A stretch of 37,105 bases of DNA from Candidatus Pollutiaquabacter sp. (GTDB lineage Bacteria > Bacteroidota > Bacteroidia > AKYH767-A > 2013-40CM-41-45): the NCBI GenBank assembly GCA_903854075.1, contig CAINVI010000005.1:1-37105 (forward strand). Direction: 5' to 3'. Both the position numbers and the translations under genes were made by a program. The notes under the pieces are model-generated. The model did not search any database and was not told where the DNA came from. It saw only the letters and a list, made by a program, of their open reading frames with translations. Of the stretch, positions 1 to 7,341 are shown in pieces. Position 1 is the first letter of the stretch. Every line of letters starts with the position of its first letter.

Positions 1-2
1 TG

Positions 3-203
3 GTGTCTGCTGGACATCGTCAACGCTACCTGGTATATACCTCCGTGGTTGTAACTCTTCAGCTGATTGCACTCTTTATCGTCTTGCCCGTTTTCGGACT
101 TACCGGCGCTGCGCTATGTGTAACGCTATCGAGGTTGTTGCTGAGTTTTCTTTGTTTTCTTTTTCTTAAAAGACAATATTCAGTTTCTGCGTTCTTGTTT
201 TAG
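3..203 (+). CDS. C-terminal fragment of a polytopic membrane protein, possibly a Wzx/MOP-type polysaccharide flippase (5' end outside the window)
   Basis: The frame is open to the window edge. The translation is essentially two hydrophobic helices (VVVTLQLIALFIVLPVFGL, LLLSFLCFLFL). It sits directly upstream of a glycosyltransferase. The family call rests on context and composition only. Confidence 0.35.
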   Translation: MSAGHRQRYLVYTSVVVTLQLIALFIVLPVFGLTGAALCVTLSRLLLSFLCFLFLKRQYSVSAFLF

Positions 204-406
204 TCGTTTCATATTCTCCGCTACCTAGTGGATGTTACGTTCCGATTTTCCCATTGTAGTGTTCATAAGTGACCCTTACGTAGTGGACTTTAACACAGTC
301 TGCAGCAGTAAGTTTGCTGCCTGTAAATCTTTTACAGTTCACGTAAATTTTTTTAATGGGTTATTAACTTGTCAGAAAAAAAAAACTTATACTGTTTATT
401 ACTTCG

Positions 407-1501
407 TTGCCTACTGACGACGAGTATGCTCTTCAATCGTTGACGACCATCGTCGGATCTCTTCAGCGGGAGTATTCGGTCGAAGTTATAAAAGCATGGC
501 CCGATCAGCAAAATCAGCGCTCCTTGTTTGTCAGGGGACGTATAGGTCTTCTTTGGTCGACGGTTAAAGCCGCACGGCGAATAGCCAACAGTGATGTTCA
601 TGAGGTGCTGGTGTATCAACCGACGGTGTCGTTGCTTTTAATCAGTTTGTTTTTTCTTCGGAATAAACAGGTAGTCGTTGACGGTTCTGCCGCCTCCTTT
701 TTAGCTGTGCCGTCATTACTCTTCCGAAACTCCCTACTTCGTAAGCTATTCTGTTTGCCTGCTCGGATTATTGTTTCATCTACGCAACAAAAACAGTTGG
801 CACGCGCACTTTTTAACCTGGATGCGTCGCGTGTAAAGGTGGTTAGCAAGGGAATCCCAGCGGCTATGTTTCTTCGTTTGAATGCGGTGAAGTATTATCA
901 GAAACCGTATGGTTTGACGCTGACCTATTCCGGTACGTTGGATGATCCGACAAGGATTTGGCCGTTGCTGCACGCCGCAGTACGAATGCCCGGTGTAAAG
1001 TTAAATCTGATTGGTGACGGGAAATTGTTTCCGGCTCTCCGGAAGTATATTCGCAGTAACCGTTTGCGGAGCGTGAGCTTGTACAATGCGCTGAATTGGA
1101 AGCGCAAGTTGCCCTTCTATCAGACATCTTCTGCGCTGGTTGTTTTTCCGGAGAAAGCGGATGAGAGCAGACCGACTGATGGACTTATGGAGGCCGCATC
1201 GATCGGACTGCCTGTCGTTTACATGGGAATTGCGGCAAACCAACCGCTTGTTCGTCGTTTGGAGCACGTTATCACCGTAAGTGAATTTACGGAGGAGTCA
1301 GTGACGGCTGGCCTTCGCGAATTGCCGCAAGGTGCCACGGAACGTTCGGCAGCGAATCGCAGGTTGATTCACCAACGGTATTTATCGGATCGATTGTATG
1401 TTACCTACCGCGCCGCATTGGTGGAAGTGCCGGAAATGAGTGAATTGGAACTCTCCTCCGTTTCAGTAACAGACCTGTTGGATTCCGCACTTACTGCTTG
1501 A
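407..1501 (+). CDS. Glycosyltransferase, GT-B fold / family 4-like
   Basis: 364-aa ORF. The C-terminal half looks like a GT4 donor-binding domain (LTYSGTLD, LIGDGKLFPALRKY, FPEKADESRPTDGLMEAASIGLPVV). The start is uncertain: TTG at 407, with no in-frame ATG in the first ~150 codons. Confidence 0.65.
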   Translation: MPTDDEYALQSLTTIVGSLQREYSVEVIKAWPDQQNQRSLFVRGRIGLLWSTVKAARRIANSDVHEVLVYQPTVSLLLISLFFLRNKQVVVDGSAASFLAVPSLLFRNSLLRKLFCLPARIIVSSTQQKQLARALFNLDASRVKVVSKGIPAAMFLRLNAVKYYQKPYGLTLTYSGTLDDPTRIWPLLHAAVRMPGVKLNLIGDGKLFPALRKYIRSNRLRSVSLYNALNWKRKLPFYQTSSALVVFPEKADESRPTDGLMEAASIGLPVVYMGIAANQPLVRRLEHVITVSEFTEESVTAGLRELPQGATERSAANRRLIHQRYLSDRLYVTYRAALVEVPEMSELELSSVSVTDLLDSALTA

Positions 1502-1589
1502 TATAACGGCCTTTTTTAATTAAAATTGCGCCCCGATAGTGACTTGATCCGCTGACAGCGAGTCACGTCAAATCGCTCTCTAACGCAAC

Positions 1590-2456
1590 GTGGCAACCTC
1601 CAACCGGATGAAGGAATATGTGCAGCTGACCAAACCACGGCTTTCTGCCTTGGTTGTTTTTTCCGCCGCTACCGGATTTGTAATAGCCACTTCAGGTCAT
1701 TTCGAATACTCCACCTTAATGTGGCTGATGCTTGGTGGGTACCTGGTAACCGGTGCCTCTAACGGATTTAATCAGGTCATGGAGAAAGATCTTGATAAGC
1801 TGATGGAGCGCACGATGAACCGGCCGATTCCTTCGGGCCGATTATCAGCGCGTGCGGCTTTTTTGGCCTCCTTGCTCATGGGAGTTTTCGGTGTGTCCAT
1901 TCTTTGGGTCAAGATGAACGCGCTGTGTGGAGTCTTGAGTTTACTCTCCATGATCCTTTATACGGTCATCTACACACCAGCCAAGCGGGTTACACCTTTT
2001 GCCGTATTGATTGGCGCTTTCCCCGGTGCTTTTCCACCAATGTTGGGTTGGATTGCGGCTCGCAATACCATTGGCATGGAGGCTGTTTTGCTGTATGCCG
2101 TTCAGTTCATCTGGCAGTTTCCACACTTTTGGTCCATCGCCTGGATATTACACGACGATTACCTGCGTGCCGGTTTCCGTATGCTTCCTTCAGTCGGCGG
2201 ACGAAATAGCAGCTCGGCATTTCAAACTTTAGTGTACACCGCTTGTTTGTTACCTATGTCATTTCTTCCGCAAGCCTTTCACATTGCGGGTTGGATTACG
2301 ACACTTTCTTTACTGGTTTGCGGCGCAATTTTTACGTGGCAATCCATCGGATTGTATCGTACGCTGGAAATGAAAGCTGCACATCGCCTGATGTTTGGCT
2401 CGTTTCTTTACCTACCGGCCGTCCAGCTATCCTGGATGATCGAAAAACTGCTATAA
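1590..2456 (+). CDS. ctaB: Protoheme IX farnesyltransferase (heme O synthase), UbiA family
   Basis: Polytopic membrane protein with the UbiA-type motif NGFNQVMEKDLDKLMERTMNRPIPSGRL and LTKPRL near the N-terminus. It heads a cytochrome oxidase gene block. GTG start at 1590, alternative ATG at 1608. The stop is 1 nt before the next gene's start. Confidence 0.9.
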   Translation: MATSNRMKEYVQLTKPRLSALVVFSAATGFVIATSGHFEYSTLMWLMLGGYLVTGASNGFNQVMEKDLDKLMERTMNRPIPSGRLSARAAFLASLLMGVFGVSILWVKMNALCGVLSLLSMILYTVIYTPAKRVTPFAVLIGAFPGAFPPMLGWIAARNTIGMEAVLLYAVQFIWQFPHFWSIAWILHDDYLRAGFRMLPSVGGRNSSSAFQTLVYTACLLPMSFLPQAFHIAGWITTLSLLVCGAIFTWQSIGLYRTLEMKAAHRLMFGSFLYLPAVQLSWMIEKLL

Positions 2457-2457
2457 A

Positions 2458-3108
2458 ATGTCAAACATCCAGTTATCCGAAGAAGAATTACGCCGCCTGA
2501 GTACCCGTAAAACGCTGCTTTGGTTTGGTATTATCAGCATAATCATGCTGTTTGCCGGACTGACATCCGCCTATATTGTTCGTCAAAGCGAGGGAAAATG
2601 GGCGCAGTTTGAACTTCCTAATATGTTTATTGTCAGTACAATAATCATTTTACTAAGCAGTATTCCGATGCAGTGGTCAGTCAGCGCCATTAAAAAGGGC
2701 CGTGCGGACAATTTAGTTAAAGGACTGATAATCACGTTTTTATTTGGCACTGCATTTGTATTCACCCAATACCTGGCCTGGAGTGAATTATTCGGACAGG
2801 GAATCGCTTTTTCAAGCCGCTTGTCGGATATTAAGGTAGATTATACGTATGTACCTGCAGGTCAGGAAACTGCTGAGCAGGCCGGAGGGATCGGAAACGT
2901 TTCGGCTTCCTTTCTGTATGCGATAACCGCCCTGCATATTTTACACCTCGCCGGGGGTATTTTGGCGTTATTTGTTGTACTTTCGCGGTCAGTCAGAAAA
3001 AAGTACACCTCCGCCGAATTCTCGGGAGTAAGTATGTGTGCCACGTATTGGCACTTCTTAGGAATTCTCTGGGTGTACCTGTTTTTCTTCTTATTTTTCG
3101 TTCGCTAA
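2458..3108 (+). CDS. Heme-copper (cytochrome c) oxidase subunit III family protein, short paralogue
   Basis: Multi-helix membrane protein ending in the subunit III signature region ALHILHLAGGILAL ... ATYWHFLGILWVYLFFFLFF. It is tightly linked to ctaB. Confidence 0.8.
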   Translation: MSNIQLSEEELRRLSTRKTLLWFGIISIIMLFAGLTSAYIVRQSEGKWAQFELPNMFIVSTIIILLSSIPMQWSVSAIKKGRADNLVKGLIITFLFGTAFVFTQYLAWSELFGQGIAFSSRLSDIKVDYTYVPAGQETAEQAGGIGNVSASFLYAITALHILHLAGGILALFVVLSRSVRKKYTSAEFSGVSMCATYWHFLGILWVYLFFFLFFVR

Positions 3109-3163
3109 CGGAAACATCCGAAAAAAAAAACGTACAACACTCACCATAATCAACTTCAATTAA

Positions 3164-3973
3164 ATGGCAAGTCACGCAGCTCCCGCAAACCCTTCAAAAA
3201 TCTGGGGTGGTGGAATCTCTCCCTTCAGCATGACCTGGGGGAAAATGTTCATGTGGATCTTTCTTGTTTCCGATGCGTTCACGTTTTCCAGTCTCCTCAT
3301 CGCATACGGTTACATGCGTCACCGTTTTTCTGACATCTGGCCGATTCCGGGAGATGTCTTTACCCACTTTCCGTTCATTCACGGTCATGTGCCGCTCGCT
3401 TATGTCGGTTTGATGACCTTCATCCTGATCATGTCCTCCGTAACAATGGTGTTGGCCGTTTTTGCCGGTCATAACCTAGATCGCAAAGCAGTATTGAAAT
3501 GGCTCGGACTGACCATCATTGGTGGATTCATGTTCCTTGGCTCACAGGCATGGGAGTGGTTTCACTTCATTCACGGATCTGAAAAAGGAGCTTACGTATT
3601 GGCGGATGGACGCTTTGCACGTACCGACGATCTCGAGCCGGGGGTCCTCATTTTCCAGGATCATTCGAAAGTCGAAGGCGCAGAAGCCCAGGCGCTGATG
3701 GAAACAGCTAAGAAAAATATTCACGGAGCTAATCTGACCGAGAACGAATACGGTAACACTCCGTTGTTTGCCAATTTCTTCTTCTTCATTACAGGGTTCC
3801 ACGGGTTCCACGTATTCAGCGGCGTCGTGCTGAATATCATCGTATTCATACTGGTCTATCAAGGCTTCAACGATCGCAAAAAAGATTATGAACTGGTCGA
3901 AAAAGTAGGTCTCTATTGGCACTTCGTTGACTTGGTTTGGGTCTTCGTCTTCACTTTCTTCTACCTCGTTTAA
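3164..3973 (+). CDS. Cytochrome c oxidase subunit III, long paralogue with a hydrophilic insertion
   Basis: Subunit III motifs FFFFITGFHGFHVFSGVV and GLYWHFVDLVWVFVFTFFYL. A hydrophilic segment of about 60 aa (GSEKGAYVLADGRF...ENEYGNTP) interrupts the helix bundle. Confidence 0.85.
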   Translation: MASHAAPANPSKIWGGGISPFSMTWGKMFMWIFLVSDAFTFSSLLIAYGYMRHRFSDIWPIPGDVFTHFPFIHGHVPLAYVGLMTFILIMSSVTMVLAVFAGHNLDRKAVLKWLGLTIIGGFMFLGSQAWEWFHFIHGSEKGAYVLADGRFARTDDLEPGVLIFQDHSKVEGAEAQALMETAKKNIHGANLTENEYGNTPLFANFFFFITGFHGFHVFSGVVLNIIVFILVYQGFNDRKKDYELVEKVGLYWHFVDLVWVFVFTFFYLV

Positions 3974-3991
3974 TCCTGCAATCTCATCATC

Positions 3992-4324
3992 ATGTCAAAT
4001 AACCACCACGCAGTTGCCGCTGAAGGCGGACACGATCACGGCACGTTGACCACCAAGCTGATTTGGAGAGTATTTTGGATACTGCTCGGCGTAACGTTGT
4101 TCGAAGTCGGTATCGCTTTCACGTCCATACCGAAAGATATCCTGATGTATACGTTCATCGTACTTACGATAGTCAAGTCGTATTACATCGTCGGCTATTT
4201 TATGCACCTTAAGTACGAAGCAGTGCCGTTCCGTTGGACGATCCTGCTTCCGTTCATTCTTATTGTATATCTCATCTTCATCGCACTCTACGAAGGTTCC
4301 GCGTTGTCGATGTCACCTTTGTAA
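3992..4324 (+). CDS. Prokaryotic cytochrome c oxidase subunit IV family protein
   Basis: 110 aa with three predicted helices. The motif IVKSYYIVGYFMHLKYE is typical of bacterial CoxIV/CyoD-like small subunits. It lies directly after the subunit III genes. Confidence 0.7.
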   Translation: MSNNHHAVAAEGGHDHGTLTTKLIWRVFWILLGVTLFEVGIAFTSIPKDILMYTFIVLTIVKSYYIVGYFMHLKYEAVPFRWTILLPFILIVYLIFIALYEGSALSMSPL

Positions 4325-4330
4325 TCTACC

Positions 4331-4996
4331 ATGCCTATTTCCAACAGGATTAAGCTCTTAGTGCCGATTGTAATCCTCGCTTATCCGGTTGCTTTCTGGC
4401 TCGCTATTTCCTGCGGTGAAAATCATTTCAAGCGTCTCCCGGTGATTGGTCCTGTTGCGGTGACCACATCGGGAGATTCTGTTTTTCATACGGTGGGTGA
4501 TTTCCAGTTGACCAATCAGGAGGGTAAAACGATTTCCCAGGCGGACCTGGAAGGTAAAATTTATGTGGCGAATTTCTTTTTTGCCACTTGCAAAACGGTT
4601 TGTCCGGATATGAATCAGCACATGCGTCGTATCCAGGAAAAATTCAAAGGCAGTGATGAGATCCGTCTCGTCTCTTATACGGTTGATCCGGAAGCGGATT
4701 CGGTTCCGGTCCTCGCCGAATACGCAAGGCAATTAAAGGTTGACAATTCCATGTGGTGGTTTCTCACCGGACCTAAAGATTCCATCTATACGCTTGCCCG
4801 CGAAAGCTACCTTTTGCCGGCTGCCCAGCGTATCGCGGAAGGTGATTTTTTCCATTCGCAGGATCTTCTGCTGATCGACAAGGATAAACGGATTCGCGGA
4901 ATTTATGACGGTACTGAAAAGTACGAAGTGGATACACTGATGGATGAAATCAAAGTGCTGATGCACGAATATTACGAACTCGAGAAAGCAAAATAA
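4331..4996 (+). CDS. SCO1/SenC family copper chaperone (thioredoxin fold)
   Basis: N-terminal membrane anchor, the CxxxC copper motif in FFFATCKTVCPDM, a downstream conserved His (DFFHSQDLLLID), and cytochrome oxidase context. Confidence 0.9.
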   Translation: MPISNRIKLLVPIVILAYPVAFWLAISCGENHFKRLPVIGPVAVTTSGDSVFHTVGDFQLTNQEGKTISQADLEGKIYVANFFFATCKTVCPDMNQHMRRIQEKFKGSDEIRLVSYTVDPEADSVPVLAEYARQLKVDNSMWWFLTGPKDSIYTLARESYLLPAAQRIAEGDFFHSQDLLLIDKDKRIRGIYDGTEKYEVDTLMDEIKVLMHEYYELEKAK

Positions 4997-5000
4997 CTTT

Positions 5001-5024
5001 ACGGCCGGCCGGCTGTTTTATTTT
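5001..5024 (+). terminator. Weak candidate intrinsic terminator after the SCO gene
   Basis: GC-rich self-complementary ACGGCC-GGCC-GGCTGT followed by TTTATTTT. The stem is short and contains one G-T pair. Confidence 0.3.
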
Positions 5025-5038
5025 CATAACCGAATACG

Positions 5039-5587
5039 ATGTCACTTTCCGAAAATTTGTCCTCCCGCGAATCTTTTTACAAGCGGTTCATCTGGATTGC
5101 TTCCGTAGCGGTATTTGGTGTTGTAGTGCTGCTCTCTCAGTTGCCTAAATCCGCAGCAATACCATCGTGGGCCAAATTCCTCCCTGCAATGAATGCAGTG
5201 CTGAATGCCTTGACCACGCTGCTCTTGTTGGTGTCCTTGAGTTATATCCGCAAAAAAAACGTGGAGATGCACAAGAAGCTGAACCTTGCTGCCTGCGCGT
5301 TGTCTACACTCTTCTTATTGTCCTATGTGCTTTTTCATTCCTTCGGTGTGGAAACCAAGTTTCCGGTTGATAATCCGATGCGACCGTTGTACTTGTTCAT
5401 TCTCACTTCGCATATCATCCTGGCTGCTGTGGTATTTCCATTGGTGTTGTTCACGGTTTACCGGGGACTTACCAATCAGGTCACAGCACACCGTAAAATC
5501 GTTCGCTGGTCGTACCCGATCTGGTTATATGTAACCGTTACGGGTGTTATTGTATACCTGATGATTTCACCGTACTATAAGTTCTGA
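5039..5587 (+). CDS. DUF420 family membrane protein (cytochrome oxidase-associated)
   Basis: 182 aa with four or five helices. Conserved His-containing helices (MNAVLNALTTLLLL, LTSHIILAAVVFPLV), as I recall them for DUF420. It is co-located with SCO and oxidase subunits. Confidence 0.75.
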   Translation: MSLSENLSSRESFYKRFIWIASVAVFGVVVLLSQLPKSAAIPSWAKFLPAMNAVLNALTTLLLLVSLSYIRKKNVEMHKKLNLAACALSTLFLLSYVLFHSFGVETKFPVDNPMRPLYLFILTSHIILAAVVFPLVLFTVYRGLTNQVTAHRKIVRWSYPIWLYVTVTGVIVYLMISPYYKF

Positions 5588-5588
5588 C

Positions 5589-5825
5589 ATGAAACGTATT
5601 GTAGTAATTTTTCTGTTGGGTCTATCGCTGCTGGCTGTTCACGAGGCAGAAGCGCAATGTGCCATGTGTCGCCGGAATGTAGAGACCAATAAGGAAGCCG
5701 GACACTCAAAGGTGGGAACGGGTCTGAACAAGGGTATTCTTTATCTCATGTCTGTTCCGTATATCATCGGTGCCGTTGCCATCGGTGTGTGGATGAAGCG
5801 CAGGAACGAGCAATCAAAGGCCTAG
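5589..5825 (+). CDS. Small membrane protein with a signal peptide, CxxC motif and C-terminal anchor (function unknown)
   Basis: The ATG lies 1 nt after the DUF420 stop (TGAcATG). The N-terminus is signal-like (MKRIVVIFLLGLSLLAVHEAEA), followed immediately by QCAMCRRN, then one hydrophobic helix (ILYLMSVPYIIGAVAIGVW) and a basic tail. Confidence 0.55.
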   Translation: MKRIVVIFLLGLSLLAVHEAEAQCAMCRRNVETNKEAGHSKVGTGLNKGILYLMSVPYIIGAVAIGVWMKRRNEQSKA

Positions 5826-5919
5826 TAGTTGAGTCTTTACTACTCGAAAAACGGGTCATTTTACAGGTTTATAAAGGCATTACAACCCGGGCCGACTTGC
5901 GTCGCCCCCTTCGTTTTTG

Positions 5920-5927
5920 TACCTTTG
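5920..5927 (+). promoter_or_regulatory. Bacteroidota-type -7 promoter box TACCTTTG
   Basis: Exact match to the TAnnTTTG consensus described for Bacteroides/Flavobacterium sigma-A promoters. It lies 6 nt upstream of the GTG at 5934 and inside the long ORF call that starts at 5829. Confidence 0.4.
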
Positions 5928-5933
5928 CACCCC

Positions 5934-6956
5934 GTGCCACTCTATAATACATTGGATCGTAATGAATTGCTGAAGAAGATCGCTGGAGAATCTTTTTCAC
6001 GGATCACCCTTTCTTTTTATCGGTACGTTCAACTCAACGACGTGGAGCAACTGCGTGCCCGCGTGTTTAAGGAGTGGCAGTTACTTGGAATCCTGGGGCG
6101 AATCTATATTGCCAGGGAAGGGGTTAACGCTCAAATTTCTATCCCGGAACCGAAGTTCCAGGATTTCAAAGATTGGATGCAGGCCTTCGAGCCGTTCCGA
6201 AACATGGATTTGAAAATTGCAGTGGAAGACGACAAGTTCTCCTTTGTAAAGCTAAAAGTGAAAATCCGTCAGAAGATCGTGGCGGATGGTTTGGATGATA
6301 ATTCGTTTGACGTGACCAATGTGGGCAATCACCTCTCTGCCCGCGAGTGGAACGAGGCGATGGCATCGCCCGATACCGTTGTAGTGGATATGCGCAATGT
6401 CTACGAAAGCGAGGTAGGTCATTTCCAAGGCGCTTTGTTGCCGCAGGCAGTCACATTTCGGGAAGAACTTCCGGAAGTATTGCAATTGCTGGAAGATAAA
6501 AAAGATAAAAAAATTCTGCTCTACTGCACCGGAGGTGTACGCTGCGAAAAAGCCAGTGCCTATTTACGACACCACGGTTTTGAAGATGTCAATCAACTGA
6601 ATGGCGGCATCATCTATTATGCCCAGCAAGCTAAAGAAGAAGGTCTTTCGGTTAAATTCCTTGGTAAAAACTTCGTTTTTGATGACCGTATGGGTGAACG
6701 TATCACCGACGACATCGTCAGTAAGTGTCACCAGTGCGGAACTCCTTCTGACGCGCATACCAATTGTGCTCATCAGGGTTGTCATGTGTTGTTCATTCAG
6801 TGTCCATCGTGCGCTGATAAATTGAACGCATGTTGTTCAGAAGAATGTAAGCACATTCTTTCCTTGCCGGAGAACGAACAACGTGAAATCCGCCGCACCA
6901 ATCCGATCAAAGACGTACAAACCTTGTACCGTCCAGTTATCAAACCCATCGCCTGA
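5934..6956 (+). CDS. trhO: tRNA uridine(34) hydroxylase, rhodanese-domain protein (UPF0176/YceA family)
   Basis: Rhodanese active-site loop LYCTGGVRCEKASAYL, N-terminal ITLSFYRY as in YceA, and a Cys/His-rich C-terminus (CHQCG...HTNCAHQGCH...CPSCADKLNACCSEEC). The start is moved from 5829 because the extra 35 aa have no family counterpart and contain a promoter box. GTG at 5934 or TTG at 5952 is possible. Confidence 0.85.
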   Translation: MPLYNTLDRNELLKKIAGESFSRITLSFYRYVQLNDVEQLRARVFKEWQLLGILGRIYIAREGVNAQISIPEPKFQDFKDWMQAFEPFRNMDLKIAVEDDKFSFVKLKVKIRQKIVADGLDDNSFDVTNVGNHLSAREWNEAMASPDTVVVDMRNVYESEVGHFQGALLPQAVTFREELPEVLQLLEDKKDKKILLYCTGGVRCEKASAYLRHHGFEDVNQLNGGIIYYAQQAKEEGLSVKFLGKNFVFDDRMGERITDDIVSKCHQCGTPSDAHTNCAHQGCHVLFIQCPSCADKLNACCSEECKHILSLPENEQREIRRTNPIKDVQTLYRPVIKPIA

Positions 6957-7081
6957 CGATCGGTAAATTCCGGTTGGATAATCTCCGGGTGTACATCCTT
7001 ACATTTTCGGTTTATTTCGGCAATTCAGCCTGCAGTCGGCCATCACTTGGGACGGTGCTGCATTTAATATATCATTTTCAT

Positions 7082-7089
7082 TATCTTTG
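7082..7089 (+). promoter_or_regulatory. Bacteroidota-type -7 promoter box TATCTTTG for the metH leader
   Basis: Exact TAnnTTTG match about 30 nt upstream of riboswitch helix P1. Confidence 0.4.
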
Positions 7090-7119
7090 TGGCAGTTCTT
7101 TTACAATCCCTGCAAGGGA

Positions 7120-7238
7120 ACTTATCCAGAAAGGTGGAGGGAATACGCCCTTTGAAACCTTGGCAACCCCGGTAATCTGTAGTACACAGATGAAAGAAGG
7201 TGCCAAATCGTTCTTCTGATGACAGAAGGCAGATAAGT
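7120..7238 (+). promoter_or_regulatory. SAM-I (S-box) riboswitch aptamer
   Basis: ACTTATCCAGAAAGGTGGAGGGAATACGCCCTTTGAAACCTTGGCAACC...GAAGGTGCCAAATCG...CAGATAAGT. P1 is CTTATC/GATAAG. The conserved S-box core elements GGTGGAGGGA, GCCC, TGAAACC, GGCAACC and GGTGCCAAATC are all present in the canonical order. It lies in the 5' leader of a methionine biosynthesis gene. Confidence 0.85.
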
Positions 7239-7270
7239 CAGTGAGGTCTCATCGTCAACAGCACGCTTCG

Positions 7271-7302
7271 ATCTTCTCTGACTGTCAGAGGAGATTTTTT
7301 TT
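7271..7302 (+). terminator. Intrinsic terminator (riboswitch expression platform)
   Basis: A 12-bp stem ATCTTCTCTGAC / GTCAGAGGAGAT (one G-T) with a 1-nt loop, running into a T8 tract 40 nt before the metH ATG. Confidence 0.8.
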
Positions 7303-7341
7303 GGATATTCCGCCCAAAGGGTTGTTGGAAGCCATCATGTA

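Noticed and set aside
6974-7219. 81-aa plus-strand ORF between trhO and metH
   Set aside because: It overlaps the promoter box and most of the SAM-I aptamer. Its translation has no protein-like features, and the region is better explained as a structured leader RNA.
7100-7300. An expected cobalamin riboswitch, because the downstream gene is B12-dependent
   Set aside because: The conserved elements present are those of the S-box (GGTGGAGGGA, GGCAACC, GGTGCCAAATC, P1 CTTATC/GATAAG). I saw no B12-box-like core. B12 riboswitches normally control metE or transport genes rather than metH.
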